Shown here: positions 1 through 9,143 of the stretch, in pieces
How the letters are laid out: every line of letters starts with the position of its first letter
Position numbering within the stretch: the stretch's first letter is position 1
Source: Spirochaetia bacterium
GTDB lineage: Bacteria > Spirochaetota > Spirochaetia > DSM-2461
Length of the DNA stretch: 64,000 nt
Direction: 5' to 3'
NCBI GenBank assembly: GCA_963668315.1
Contig: OY764216.1
Span: 3,200,001-3,264,000 of the forward strand
Notes under the pieces: generated by a model
The model's input: only the letters and a program-made list of their open reading frames with translations
Databases searched by the model: none
Told to the model about the DNA's origin: nothing
Position numbers and translations under genes: made by a program

Positions 1-1671
1 CGCCAGTCCGGCAGGTCCGGCTCCGATAACGGCTGATTTCGGTCCAGCCGGCGGCTTGCGGGAAGATAGGCCCTGCCTGTACAATTCAAATCCCTTTTCC
101 AGGGCGATTTTCTTCATTTCCCGAATTTCCACCGGCCCTTCATAATCCCGCCGGGTGCAACGGTACTGGCACTGGTGGGCGCAGATATGGCCGGTGATGA
201 AGGGCAGGGGGTTTTTCTCGTATATCAAAGAAGCCGCCTCGCCGTATTTTCCCGCCGCCGTCAGGGCTATATACTCCGGTATGTCCTGGCCGATGGGACA
301 GGCAACCTGACAGGGGGCCAGAAAGCAGTCGTAAAGCGGAAGGGATCCGCCGGTCTTAACCGGGGTATATCCCCTCGTCCTTTTAGGGAGCCAGCGATTG
401 TCATCTGAGAGGCTTCGCCGGGCCAGCTCTTCCAGGGCATTCACATCGATGGCCTCTCCGTCATAGGGCTCCAGGGTTTCCATGAAGCGGGCCAGTTCGG
501 CCATTCTGCGGTATCCTCCGGGCTTGAGAAAATCCGTGGCCGCCGTTACCGGGGCAATGCCGGTTTTCAGCACCTCTTCCATGGTGAGGCGGTTCAGGCC
601 GCCCGAAAAGGAGATGGGGATCGCACCGGAAAATTCCCGGCTGATCCGGGCGGCCACATTCAGGGACAGTGGATAGAGCAGCCGGCCGGACATATACATC
701 TCATCCCCGGGAAGTATATCCAGTTCGTTAATTGTACCCAGTGTGTTTGTCAGTTTCACTCCGAAAAAGCGGTGATGTTCTTCCGCCAGAGATTTCAGCC
801 GTCTGAGCATGGGAACCGCCTCGTCCCAGGAAAGGTCGCGGGCGAAGGCCTCCGGTGAGAGGCGAATGTATTCATAACCGGATTTCATGATGAGATCCCT
901 GACAAAATCATAGCCCAGCAGGGTCGGATTCAGTTTGACAAAAGTATTGAGTTTCTTCTCGGTGAGCATATAGGAGACAATCTGCTCGATTTCGGCGGGG
1001 GGGCAGCCGTGCATGGTGGAGAGGGTCAGCTGGGAACAGATTTTCGGCGGGATGCGCTCTTCCAGCCCTTCGAGAGAGGAGAACTCCTCATGGCTCTCGA
1101 TGATCCGCTTCAGCTCACCCTTATACTTCAGGAAAAGAGGATGCATGGAAGCGTCTTTCAGAGACTCTATGAAATAATCGATTTTGGGACTTTTTATTCC
1201 TTCCAGGTCGTAACCGACGCTCATATTGAATATGAAGGGGGAGGAATATTCTTTTTTACGGAAAAAGAACGCTTCGAGAAGATGCAGGGTAAACCAGGCC
1301 TTCAGATATTCATCGTAAGCCTTGGGCACGGTAAATTCGCTGGACCACTCCGTATTGAAGCACTCGTCCCGGCAGTCAATGCAGGGTTTGGCAATATCCA
1401 GCGTATCAAGAATCTGCACGGTTTTAAGCTCTATGAAACGGGCGCCGCAAAGGTAGGCTGTTACGATATTCTGGGCCAGCTGAGTATGGGGGCCGGCGGC
1501 CGGTCCGAGAATGGTGACGCAGCTTTCTCCGAAAACCTTATAATGGCTCCCGCTGGTTTTACGGAAAAACTGTTCCTCCTCGACAGCGAAAATCGAATGA
1601 AAACTGCGGTATTCCGTAAAAATCCGGTGGATCAGTTCCGAAAAAGAAAGAGGCCTCATCAGGTCAGACAT
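1..1671 (-). CDS. ygfK: YgfK-family Fe-S flavoprotein oxidoreductase (purine catabolism); 3' end runs off the window
   Basis: Not in the ORF track. Manual translation from ATG at 1671 begins MSDLMRPLSFSELIHRIFTEY and includes DCFLAPCQVACPIGQDIPEY, NPLPFITGHICAHQCQYRCTRRDY and Rossmann VIGAGPAGLA at the window edge; GGGGA SD upstream. Confidence 0.9.
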   Translation of the reverse strand, partial: MSDLMRPLSFSELIHRIFTEYRSFHSIFAVEEEQFFRKTSGSHYKVFGESCVTILGPAAGPHTQLAQNIVTAYLCGARFIELKTVQILDTLDIAKPCIDCRDECFNTEWSSEFTVPKAYDEYLKAWFTLHLLEAFFFRKKEYSSPFIFNMSVGYDLEGIKSPKIDYFIESLKDASMHPLFLKYKGELKRIIESHEEFSSLEGLEERIPPKICSQLTLSTMHGCPPAEIEQIVSYMLTEKKLNTFVKLNPTLLGYDFVRDLIMKSGYEYIRLSPEAFARDLSWDEAVPMLRRLKSLAEEHHRFFGVKLTNTLGTINELDILPGDEMYMSGRLLYPLSLNVAARISREFSGAIPISFSGGLNRLTMEEVLKTGIAPVTAATDFLKPGGYRRMAELARFMETLEPYDGEAIDVNALEELARRSLSDDNRWLPKRTRGYTPVKTGGSLPLYDCFLAPCQVACPIGQDIPEYIALTAAGKYGEAASLIYEKNPLPFITGHICAHQCQYRCTRRDYEGPVEIREMKKIALEKGFELYRQGLSSRKPPAGPKSAVIGAGPAGLA

Positions 1672-1740
1672 AATTCGTTCCCCCTGTTATCCTGTACCCT
1701 TTAATCATAGTATGGAATTGGACAAAATTGGGAAAATTAT

Positions 1741-1769
1741 TTTACAAAACGGATAAACAAGCGTAAGAT
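1741..1769 (+). promoter_or_regulatory. sigma70-like promoter of the ygeY operon
   Basis: TTTACA-17bp-TAAGAT, with GGGAGG SD before ATG 1803. Confidence 0.55.
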
Positions 1770-1802
1770 ATTGATGAGTTATCCGAAAAGGGGGAGGGAA
1801 TT

Positions 1803-2999
1803 ATGGAAGAGAAAATATGGGAAATGGCGCAGAAATACAGAGATTATACGGCGGATCTGCTTTCCCAGCTGGTCAGGATTCCTTCCTATAGCGGACAGGA
1901 GAAAAATGTTTGCGAAAGAATTACCGCCCTCTGCGAGGAAGCCGGTTTCGATGAGGTCCGGACGGACAAACTGGGCAATGTCATAGCACGTATCGGATCG
2001 GGGAAAAAAATCCTCGCCTTCGATGCCCATATCGATACGGTGGAAACGGGGGATAAGGGTGCCTGGGAGAAGGATCCCTTCTCGGGGGATGTGGACGATG
2101 TCTATGTCTGGGGGCGGGGGAGCTCCGATCAGAAAGGCGGAGCCGCTTCCATGATTACCGCCGGACGTATTTTAAAGGAACTGGGATACGATAGGAATTT
2201 CACCCTTCTCTTTACCTTTACCGTCATGGAAGAGGATTGCGACGGCCTTTGCTGGAAGTACCTTATTGAGGAAGAGAAGATTCTGCCCAGTTACGCCGTA
2301 TCCACCGAACCGACGAGCTGCCGTCTTTACCGGGGCCACAGAGGACGGATGGAGATGGAAGTGAAGATCAAGGGCGTTTCCAGTCACGGCTCCGCCCCGG
2401 AGCGGGGTGTCAGCGCTGCCTATAAAGCGTCCCGCGCAGCCCTGGCCCTGGAGAAACTGAATGAAAACCTCAAACCCGATGAGGGGAATTTTCTCGGTAA
2501 GGGAACCATTGTCGTTTCCCAGATGGCCGTATCCGGGCCCAGCCAGTGTGCCGTGCCCGATCAGGCCATGCTCTATCTCGACAGACGCCTGACCTGGGGG
2601 GAAGATGCCGATCTGGCTATTTCCCAGGTCAGGGAAGCCATCTTTGAGGCCCTGGGGGAATATCCCGAATCGGTCACCATGCCCCGCTACGAGGAGAGGG
2701 GGTACCGAAATCTGGACTATTTTCAGGAACTTTATTTCCCTACCTGGAAAATCGAAGAGTCCCATCCCCTTGTTCAGGGGGGGGTAAAAGCCTATGAGGC
2801 TCTGTTCCAGAAAAAGCCGGAGGTGGACAAATGGACCTTTTCCACCAATTGCGTAGCCATCTGCGGCCGCCACAAAATACCCTGCATAGGTTTCGGACCG
2901 GGCGACGAGAAGGAAGCCCATGCCCCCAATGAGAAGAACCGGGTAGACGATCTGGTCATCTGCTCCGCCTTTTATGCCTCCCTGGCCTTTTCCCTATAG
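1803..2999 (+). CDS. ygeY: YgeY-family M20 metallohydrolase
   Basis: FDAHIDTV, GRGSSDQKGG, MEEDCDG, YRGHRGRME, WTFSTN, GFGPG..AHAPNE; cluster context. Confidence 0.92.
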   Translation: MEEKIWEMAQKYRDYTADLLSQLVRIPSYSGQEKNVCERITALCEEAGFDEVRTDKLGNVIARIGSGKKILAFDAHIDTVETGDKGAWEKDPFSGDVDDVYVWGRGSSDQKGGAASMITAGRILKELGYDRNFTLLFTFTVMEEDCDGLCWKYLIEEEKILPSYAVSTEPTSCRLYRGHRGRMEMEVKIKGVSSHGSAPERGVSAAYKASRAALALEKLNENLKPDEGNFLGKGTIVVSQMAVSGPSQCAVPDQAMLYLDRRLTWGEDADLAISQVREAIFEALGEYPESVTMPRYEERGYRNLDYFQELYFPTWKIEESHPLVQGGVKAYEALFQKKPEVDKWTFSTNCVAICGRHKIPCIGFGPGDEKEAHAPNEKNRVDDLVICSAFYASLAFSL

Positions 3000-3008
3000 G
3001 AAAATGTT

Positions 3009-3950
3009 ATGGGAAGGCGCATCGTTATTGCCATAGGGGGAAATTCCCTTATCAAGGACGGTCACCATCTGGCCGTGGAAGATCAGTATGAGGCCATTTG
3101 CCGGACGGCCCGTTCCATAGCCCGGATCTGCCGTGAAAATCAGGTCCTGGTAACCCATGGCAACGGTCCCCAGGTCGGGTTTATTCTGCGCCGGTCCGAT
3201 ATCGCCCACGAAAGAGACCATATGCACCGTGTCCCCCTGGTAAGCTGCGACGCCGATACACAGGGGGCTATCGGGTATCAGATTCAGCAGGCCCTGGACA
3301 ATGAATTCCGCACAGAAAATATTCAGAAAAAAGCGGTCACTCTGGTTACCCAGGTGCTGGTGGACCGGGATGATCCGGCCTTTTCCTCGCCGGCCAAGCC
3401 TATCGGCTCATTCTACACGAAGGAGCAGGCCGATATTCTCAGGGCGACAAACACGGACTGGATGATGAAGGAGGATGCCGGCAGGGGGTTCCGGCGGGTG
3501 GTCCCCTCACCCCTTCCCGTGGATATCGTGGAGTTTGACGCGATTAAAACCCTCTATGACCGGGGCTTCATCCTGGTGGCCGCCGGAGGCGGGGGTATCC
3601 CCGTTATCAAAGAAGGTGACCTTCTCCGTGGGGTAGATGCGGTTATCGATAAGGACAGGGCTTCCGCCCTTCTGGCACGTATGCTTGAATCGGATACTCT
3701 GGTAATATCCACCGCGGTGAGACAGGTATCCCTCAACTACGGAACGGAGGAAGAAAAGGCTCTGGGACGGATTGACCGGCTTACCATGAAGGGCTACCTT
3801 AAGGAGGGGCATTTCGCCGAAGGCAGCATGAAGCCGAAAGTCGAGGCCGCCCTGGATTTTCTGGATGGGGGAGGGCGGGAAGTCATCATAACCGATCCTG
3901 AACATCTTGAAGCGGCACTGGAAGACCGTGACGGAACGCGCATAAATTAG
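3009..3950 (+). CDS. arcC: carbamate kinase (YqeA/ArcC)
   Basis: IAIGGNSL, THGNGPQVG, KPIGSFY, RRVVPSP, GGGGIPV, AVIDKD, GSMKPK. Confidence 0.95.
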   Translation: MGRRIVIAIGGNSLIKDGHHLAVEDQYEAICRTARSIARICRENQVLVTHGNGPQVGFILRRSDIAHERDHMHRVPLVSCDADTQGAIGYQIQQALDNEFRTENIQKKAVTLVTQVLVDRDDPAFSSPAKPIGSFYTKEQADILRATNTDWMMKEDAGRGFRRVVPSPLPVDIVEFDAIKTLYDRGFILVAAGGGGIPVIKEGDLLRGVDAVIDKDRASALLARMLESDTLVISTAVRQVSLNYGTEEEKALGRIDRLTMKGYLKEGHFAEGSMKPKVEAALDFLDGGGREVIITDPEHLEAALEDRDGTRIN

Positions 3951-3961
3951 GAGGCAATGGC

Positions 3962-5152
3962 ATGGACAACAAAATGACAAACATGGTGAAAGCTCTGGAG
4001 GGATTGAATACTTCAGCCCTGTTCGGGGATGATTTTTTCCTTACCTGGGACAAGAGCCGGGAAGAGCTGGAAGGGCTTCTGATGACGGCGGAAATACTCA
4101 GGGCCATGCGGGCGGACAATCTTTCTGCCCGGCTTTTCGAAAGCGGTCTGGCTATCTCCCTTTTTCGGGACAACTCCACCAGAACGCGGTTCAGCTTCGC
4201 CAGTGCGGCGAACCTTCTCGGACTGGAAGTGCAGGATCTGGAAGAGGGAAAATCACAGATCGCCCATGGCGAGACTGTCCGTGAAACGGCCAATATGATC
4301 AGTTTTATGGCCGACGTGATCGGTATCAGGGATGACATGTACATCGGCAAGGGGCATACCTATATGGAAGAGGTCTCCCGCGCCGTGAAAAAAGGCTACG
4401 AGGAGGGCGTCCTCCAGCAGAGGCCGACGGTGGTCAACCTGCAGTGCGATATCGACCATCCCACCCAGTCCCTGGCCGATTTTCTCCATCTGGTGAATCA
4501 TTTCGGCGGCATTGAAAACCTCAAAGGAAAGAAAATCGCCATGTCCTGGGCTTACTCTCCCTCCTACGGCAAGCCCCTTTCCGTTCCCCAGGGCGTGGTG
4601 GGGCTGATGACGCGTTTCGGAATGGATGTAACCCTGGCCCATCCCGAAGGTTATGAGATTATGAAGGACGTGGAGGATCTGGCGGCAGGAAACGCCGCCG
4701 CGTCGGGGGGGAGTTTTAAAAAGACCAATTCCATGGAAGAGGCTTTCAGAGGGGCCGATATCGTTTATCCGAAAAGCTGGGCTCCCTACAGGGCCATGGA
4801 AACAAGGACGGATCTTTACGGAAAGGGTGATTTTGACGGCATAAAGGCTCTGGAAAAGGAGCTTCTGGCTCAGAATGCCCGCCATAAGGATTGGACCTGC
4901 TCGGAGAAACTGATGAAAGAGACCAATGATGCCCTCTATCTCCACTGCCTGCCGGCAGACATTACAGGTGTCAGCTGCGAACAGGGAGAAGTGGATGGTT
5001 CCGTTTTCGACAGATTCAGGGAACCGCTCTACAGGGAGGCCGGCTATAAACCCTATATCATCGCCGCCATGATATTTTTGAGTAAAGTCAAGGATCCCGC
5101 CAAAGGGCTCCGTACGCTTATCGACCGGGGAATCTCCCGGATTACACTATAA
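3962..5152 (+). CDS. ygeW: knotted carbamoyltransferase YgeW
   Basis: FRDNSTRTRFS, NLQCDIDHPTQ, WAYSPSYGKPLSVPQG, YLHCLPADI. Confidence 0.95.
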   Translation: MDNKMTNMVKALEGLNTSALFGDDFFLTWDKSREELEGLLMTAEILRAMRADNLSARLFESGLAISLFRDNSTRTRFSFASAANLLGLEVQDLEEGKSQIAHGETVRETANMISFMADVIGIRDDMYIGKGHTYMEEVSRAVKKGYEEGVLQQRPTVVNLQCDIDHPTQSLADFLHLVNHFGGIENLKGKKIAMSWAYSPSYGKPLSVPQGVVGLMTRFGMDVTLAHPEGYEIMKDVEDLAAGNAAASGGSFKKTNSMEEAFRGADIVYPKSWAPYRAMETRTDLYGKGDFDGIKALEKELLAQNARHKDWTCSEKLMKETNDALYLHCLPADITGVSCEQGEVDGSVFDRFREPLYREAGYKPYIIAAMIFLSKVKDPAKGLRTLIDRGISRITL

Positions 5153-5166
5153 ATTAAGGAGTTTTT

Positions 5167-6624
5167 GTGATTGATCTTACGTTAAAAGAGGATGTTAGAA
5201 AGAAAAATATAGAGAGATGCCGGGAGAAGGGCATTCTTCTTCCCACCTTTGCCCAGATGAAAAATCCCGAGACGATTCCCTCTTCCGTGAAGGATAAACT
5301 GCGTCAGACCGGATTATGGGATCTGGACCCGGTCAACCTCTTCCGCATTACCTGGCGGAATGAACCGGTCCCTTCGGGGGGAACCTTCGGCGGGGTGAAT
5401 TATATGGAAATCCCCAAAGAGCTGACCGGAGTAAACGCCCGCATTATCGCTCTGGTGGGAAAATGGTTTCCCACGGGCGCCCATAAGGTGGGGGCTACCT
5501 ACGGCTGTCTCGCCCCGGCTCTGGTTTCGGGCAACTTCGATTCCACCAGCCAGAAGGCCGTCTGGCCCTCCACGGGGAACTACTGCCGGGGAGGAGCCTA
5601 CAACAGCGCCCTCCTGGGCTGCGATTCCATCGCCATCCTTCCCGAGGAAATGAGTCGTGAACGGTTTGAGTGGCTCTCCAAAATCGCCGGCGAGGTTATC
5701 GCGACTCCGGGATGCGAAAGCAATGTCAAGGAAATTTTCGACAAATGCCATGAACTGAATGCGGAACGGGGCGATGACATTGTCATTTTCAATCAATTCG
5801 ATCAGTTCGGCAATTATCTCTGGCATTATGAGATCACCGGATCTGCCATAGAAGCAGCCTGCGCCGAGCTGGGTGTGAAATCCCTGGCCGGTTATGTCTC
5901 CTCCACCGGATCGGGGGGCACCATCGCCGCGGGTGATTACCTGAAAACCCTCTATCCCCGGATGAAAATCGGGGCGGCCGAAGCCCTGCAGTGTCCCACC
6001 CTTCTCAGAAACGGATTCGGCGGACATCGTATTGAAGGAATCGGCGACAAGCATGTGCCCTGGATTCATAATGTGCGGAATACCGATATGGTCGTCGCCG
6101 TGGATGACGAGGACTGCATCTCCCTCATGAGACTCTACAACGAGGAGGAGGGAATCCGTTTTCTGGAAGCGGCGGGAATGGACAAATCTTTCAGAGAAAA
6201 ACTGCCCTTCCTGGGGATTTCCGGAATCGGCAACCTCATCGCCTCCATAAAAATGGCCAGGTATTACGAAATGGACAGTGACGATGTGATCTTTACCGTC
6301 TGCACCGACTCCATGGATATGTACGATTCCCGTATGAAGGAGTATCATGAAAAATACGGCGCCTTCACCGACAAGGAGGCCCAGAGGGTTTATGCCCGGG
6401 CCGTGGAGGGGCAGAAAATCGACGGGACTCTGGAGCTTAATTATTACGACAGACTCCGTGTGCATAACCTCAAGTACTACACCTGGATAGAACAGCAGGG
6501 TAAGGTTACCGAAGAGCTCAACAGGCAGTGGTATGACAAATCCTACTGGAATGCCGTTCCTCCGAAGGCCGAAGAGATCGACCGGATGATCAGGAAGTTC
6601 AATGAAGAGGTCCAGGCCGGTTAG
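5167..6624 (+). CDS. PLP-dependent fold-type II enzyme (cysteine-synthase-like, extended), function unknown
   Basis: PTGAHKVGA (PLP Lys), PSTGNY, STGSGGT, HRIEGIG. Confidence 0.8.
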   Translation: MIDLTLKEDVRKKNIERCREKGILLPTFAQMKNPETIPSSVKDKLRQTGLWDLDPVNLFRITWRNEPVPSGGTFGGVNYMEIPKELTGVNARIIALVGKWFPTGAHKVGATYGCLAPALVSGNFDSTSQKAVWPSTGNYCRGGAYNSALLGCDSIAILPEEMSRERFEWLSKIAGEVIATPGCESNVKEIFDKCHELNAERGDDIVIFNQFDQFGNYLWHYEITGSAIEAACAELGVKSLAGYVSSTGSGGTIAAGDYLKTLYPRMKIGAAEALQCPTLLRNGFGGHRIEGIGDKHVPWIHNVRNTDMVVAVDDEDCISLMRLYNEEEGIRFLEAAGMDKSFREKLPFLGISGIGNLIASIKMARYYEMDSDDVIFTVCTDSMDMYDSRMKEYHEKYGAFTDKEAQRVYARAVEGQKIDGTLELNYYDRLRVHNLKYYTWIEQQGKVTEELNRQWYDKSYWNAVPPKAEEIDRMIRKFNEEVQAG

Positions 6625-6625
6625 T

Positions 6626-7831
6626 ATGATATTGTATCGCTGCACAACCTGCGGGAAAAGTTATGAAACGGATGATTTGATCTACCGCTGTCCCGAATGC
6701 TCCTCGAAAGGGGTTAAGGACGGTTTTCAGAGGGGAAATCTGCTGGTGGAGTTTGATCCGTCGATTATTGAGGGAAGGACGCTCCCCCTTGATCCCCTCT
6801 CTCTTTTTCCCTATGAGATTGATTTTCACGACTCCTTTCCCGCAGGCGGCACGCCTCTGGTCAGGCCCGGAAGACTAAGGCAGGAGGAGGGTTTTCCCCG
6901 GCTTCTCTGCAAGTGCGAGATGGCCAATCCCTCCGGTTCCTACAAGGACCGGGCCTCCCTTCTGGTGGCGGCCCAGGCGAAGGCGCTCGGCGTTGATAAG
7001 ATCGTTCTGGCCTCCACGGGTAATGCCGGTTCGGCCATGAGCTGCGCCGGCGCCGCCCTGGGGCTGGACGTGGTTCTCTTTGTCCCCGCCACGGCGCCCC
7101 TGGAAAAACTGGCCCAGTCGGTTTTCTACGGCGCCCGGGTCATTCCCGTAAAGGGAACCTATGACAACGCCTTTGCCCTTTCCCTGGAATATTCGGCCCG
7201 TTTCGGAGGGATAAACCGGAACACCGCCTACAATCCCATGACCATAGAGGGCAAGAAAAGCGCCGCCGTTGAGATTATCAATCAGATGGGCGGGGAAGTT
7301 CCCGATCTGGTCTATATTCCCGCGGGCGACGGCGTTATCTACACGGGAATGGTTAAGGGCTTTTCCGATCTGAAAAAGGCGGGGTTCATCGACCGCTTTC
7401 CCCGCTGCGTGGCTGTCCAGCCCCGGGGCAGCAACGCCCTCTACCTGTCGTGGAAGGAGGGCCGGGAAGTCCTCCTGGACAAAACGGATACAAAGGCCGA
7501 TTCCCTGGCTGTCTGTTCTCCCGCCTGCGGTGAACCGGCCCTTCAGTTCATGGAGGCGTCCGAGGGATGGGCCGTGGAAGTGTCCGACGGCGAGATTGGC
7601 GATGCTCAGGAAAAGCTGGCCGCCGGGGCGGGGCTTTTTGTCGAGCCCTCCTCCGCCGCGGCTCTGGCCGGTATGAGAAAGGACAGAAAGGAAGGAAGGA
7701 TTTCCGGTAAGGAAACAGCGGTGCTGCTGCTCACCGGAACGGGTCATAAGGATATGAAGGCCGTTATCGACCGGATCTCTCTGCCCGAGCCGGTGGAATG
7801 TACTCTCGATGAGGTGATGAAGCATGTATGA
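6626..7831 (+). CDS. threonine-synthase-like PLP enzyme with N-terminal Zn ribbon
   Basis: CTTCG/CPEC, NPSGSYKDR, ASTGNAG, EGKKS, EPSSAA, LTGTGHKD; ATG 6626 directly after the upstream stop preferred over the track start 6602. Confidence 0.8.
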   Translation: MILYRCTTCGKSYETDDLIYRCPECSSKGVKDGFQRGNLLVEFDPSIIEGRTLPLDPLSLFPYEIDFHDSFPAGGTPLVRPGRLRQEEGFPRLLCKCEMANPSGSYKDRASLLVAAQAKALGVDKIVLASTGNAGSAMSCAGAALGLDVVLFVPATAPLEKLAQSVFYGARVIPVKGTYDNAFALSLEYSARFGGINRNTAYNPMTIEGKKSAAVEIINQMGGEVPDLVYIPAGDGVIYTGMVKGFSDLKKAGFIDRFPRCVAVQPRGSNALYLSWKEGREVLLDKTDTKADSLAVCSPACGEPALQFMEASEGWAVEVSDGEIGDAQEKLAAGAGLFVEPSSAAALAGMRKDRKEGRISGKETAVLLLTGTGHKDMKAVIDRISLPEPVECTLDEVMKHV

Positions 7832-9143
7832 TTTAGCTGTCAAAAACGGTCTTGTTTACCGGAACGGCCGGTTGGAAGAGGCCCACGTCTATATTAAGGA
7901 CGGTATCATTGAGGAAATTTCCTCCCGGGAGTTTGGGGCAAAGGAGACACTTGAAGGGGAGGGGAAAAAAATATTTCCCGGTCTTATCGATCCCCATGTC
8001 CATTTCGCCCTCTCCGTGGGGAACTTCCGTTCCGCCGATGATTTCGCCAGCGGTTCCGCCGCGGGTCTTTTCGGTGGGGTGACAACCTATATTGACTTTC
8101 TCGATCCGGTAAATAGGGGCTCCCTCGTGGAGGAGGCTTTCGAGCGGAGAAAAGCCCTGGCCGCGAAAAGCTGTTCCGATTACTCCTTTCATACCTGTGC
8201 GGCAAACCCCGAGGGGCAGACCGAAGGAATTACCGAAGAATCCCTGCGCCTGAAAATGCCTTCCATAAAGGTTTTTACGGCCTATTCCGAAACGGACAGA
8301 CGAACCTATGAGAAGGAGCTGGCCGAATTTCTGGCCCTGTCCGAGAAAAGGGGAACCGTGCTCCTGGTTCATGGAGAGGATGAGGATCATATCGTCAGCG
8401 ATCCGCGGTTCGGACCGGAGGATCTGACTTTCAGCCGACCCCGAAAATCGGAACGGTCCATGGTGGAGAAACTGTGCTCCCTTGTCGAAGAGAAAAGGGG
8501 CCGCCTCTATCTTGTTCATACCACCTGCGGAAGCTCCGTGGAATATGCCAGGGAAAGGCTGGGGGATCTTTTCGGGAAAAATCTTTTCATGGAGAGCTGC
8601 CCCCAGTATTTCTTCCTCACCGAGGAGGATCTCAAGGGGGACGAGGGGTATAAGTACGTCCTGGCTCCCCCTCTCCGTTCTCTCAAGGAGACAAAGAAGA
8701 TCACCGAAGAGGCTTCCCGTCTCTTTTCCATAGGGACCGACCACTGCCCCTTTATGCTGGCGGAAAAGAAACGGTCCCTCCTGAGCCGGATTCCCTTCGG
8801 AATCGGGGGCATAGAGTACTCTTTTCCCCTTATGTACGGTCTTTTCAAAGAGAGCATTGTCGATAAAATGACCGTCAATCCGGCCCGTTTATTCGGTTTA
8901 TACCCCCGCAAAGGGGTTCTGGAACCCGGTTCCGACGGAGATTTGTTTCTTTTTCACGAAGAAGGGAGTACAATAGTAGGAACGGGACATTCCCGGTGCG
9001 ACTACAATGTTTATGAGAATTTTCCCGTGGGCGGCCGTGTGGAGAAGACCGTTCTGAGAGGAAAAGTCGTCATGGACGGGAGAAACGTGATCCCGGAGGA
9101 AGGACGTTTTCTGGAAAGGGAGGCAGGCATTGAAAGCCATTAG
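7824..9143 (+). CDS. cyclic amidohydrolase (dihydropyrimidinase/HyuA-like)
   Basis: PGLIDPHVH, GGVTT, ESCPQY, APPLR, GTDHCPF, NPARLFGLYPRKG. Confidence 0.85.
   Translation: MYDLAVKNGLVYRNGRLEEAHVYIKDGIIEEISSREFGAKETLEGEGKKIFPGLIDPHVHFALSVGNFRSADDFASGSAAGLFGGVTTYIDFLDPVNRGSLVEEAFERRKALAAKSCSDYSFHTCAANPEGQTEGITEESLRLKMPSIKVFTAYSETDRRTYEKELAEFLALSEKRGTVLLVHGEDEDHIVSDPRFGPEDLTFSRPRKSERSMVEKLCSLVEEKRGRLYLVHTTCGSSVEYARERLGDLFGKNLFMESCPQYFFLTEEDLKGDEGYKYVLAPPLRSLKETKKITEEASRLFSIGTDHCPFMLAEKKRSLLSRIPFGIGGIEYSFPLMYGLFKESIVDKMTVNPARLFGLYPRKGVLEPGSDGDLFLFHEEGSTIVGTGHSRCDYNVYENFPVGGRVEKTVLRGKVVMDGRNVIPEEGRFLEREAGIESH

Noticed and set aside
175..1704. Plus-strand ORFs 175-408, 482-676 and 1009-1704
   Set aside because: Antisense to ygfK, which the track missed because it runs off the window
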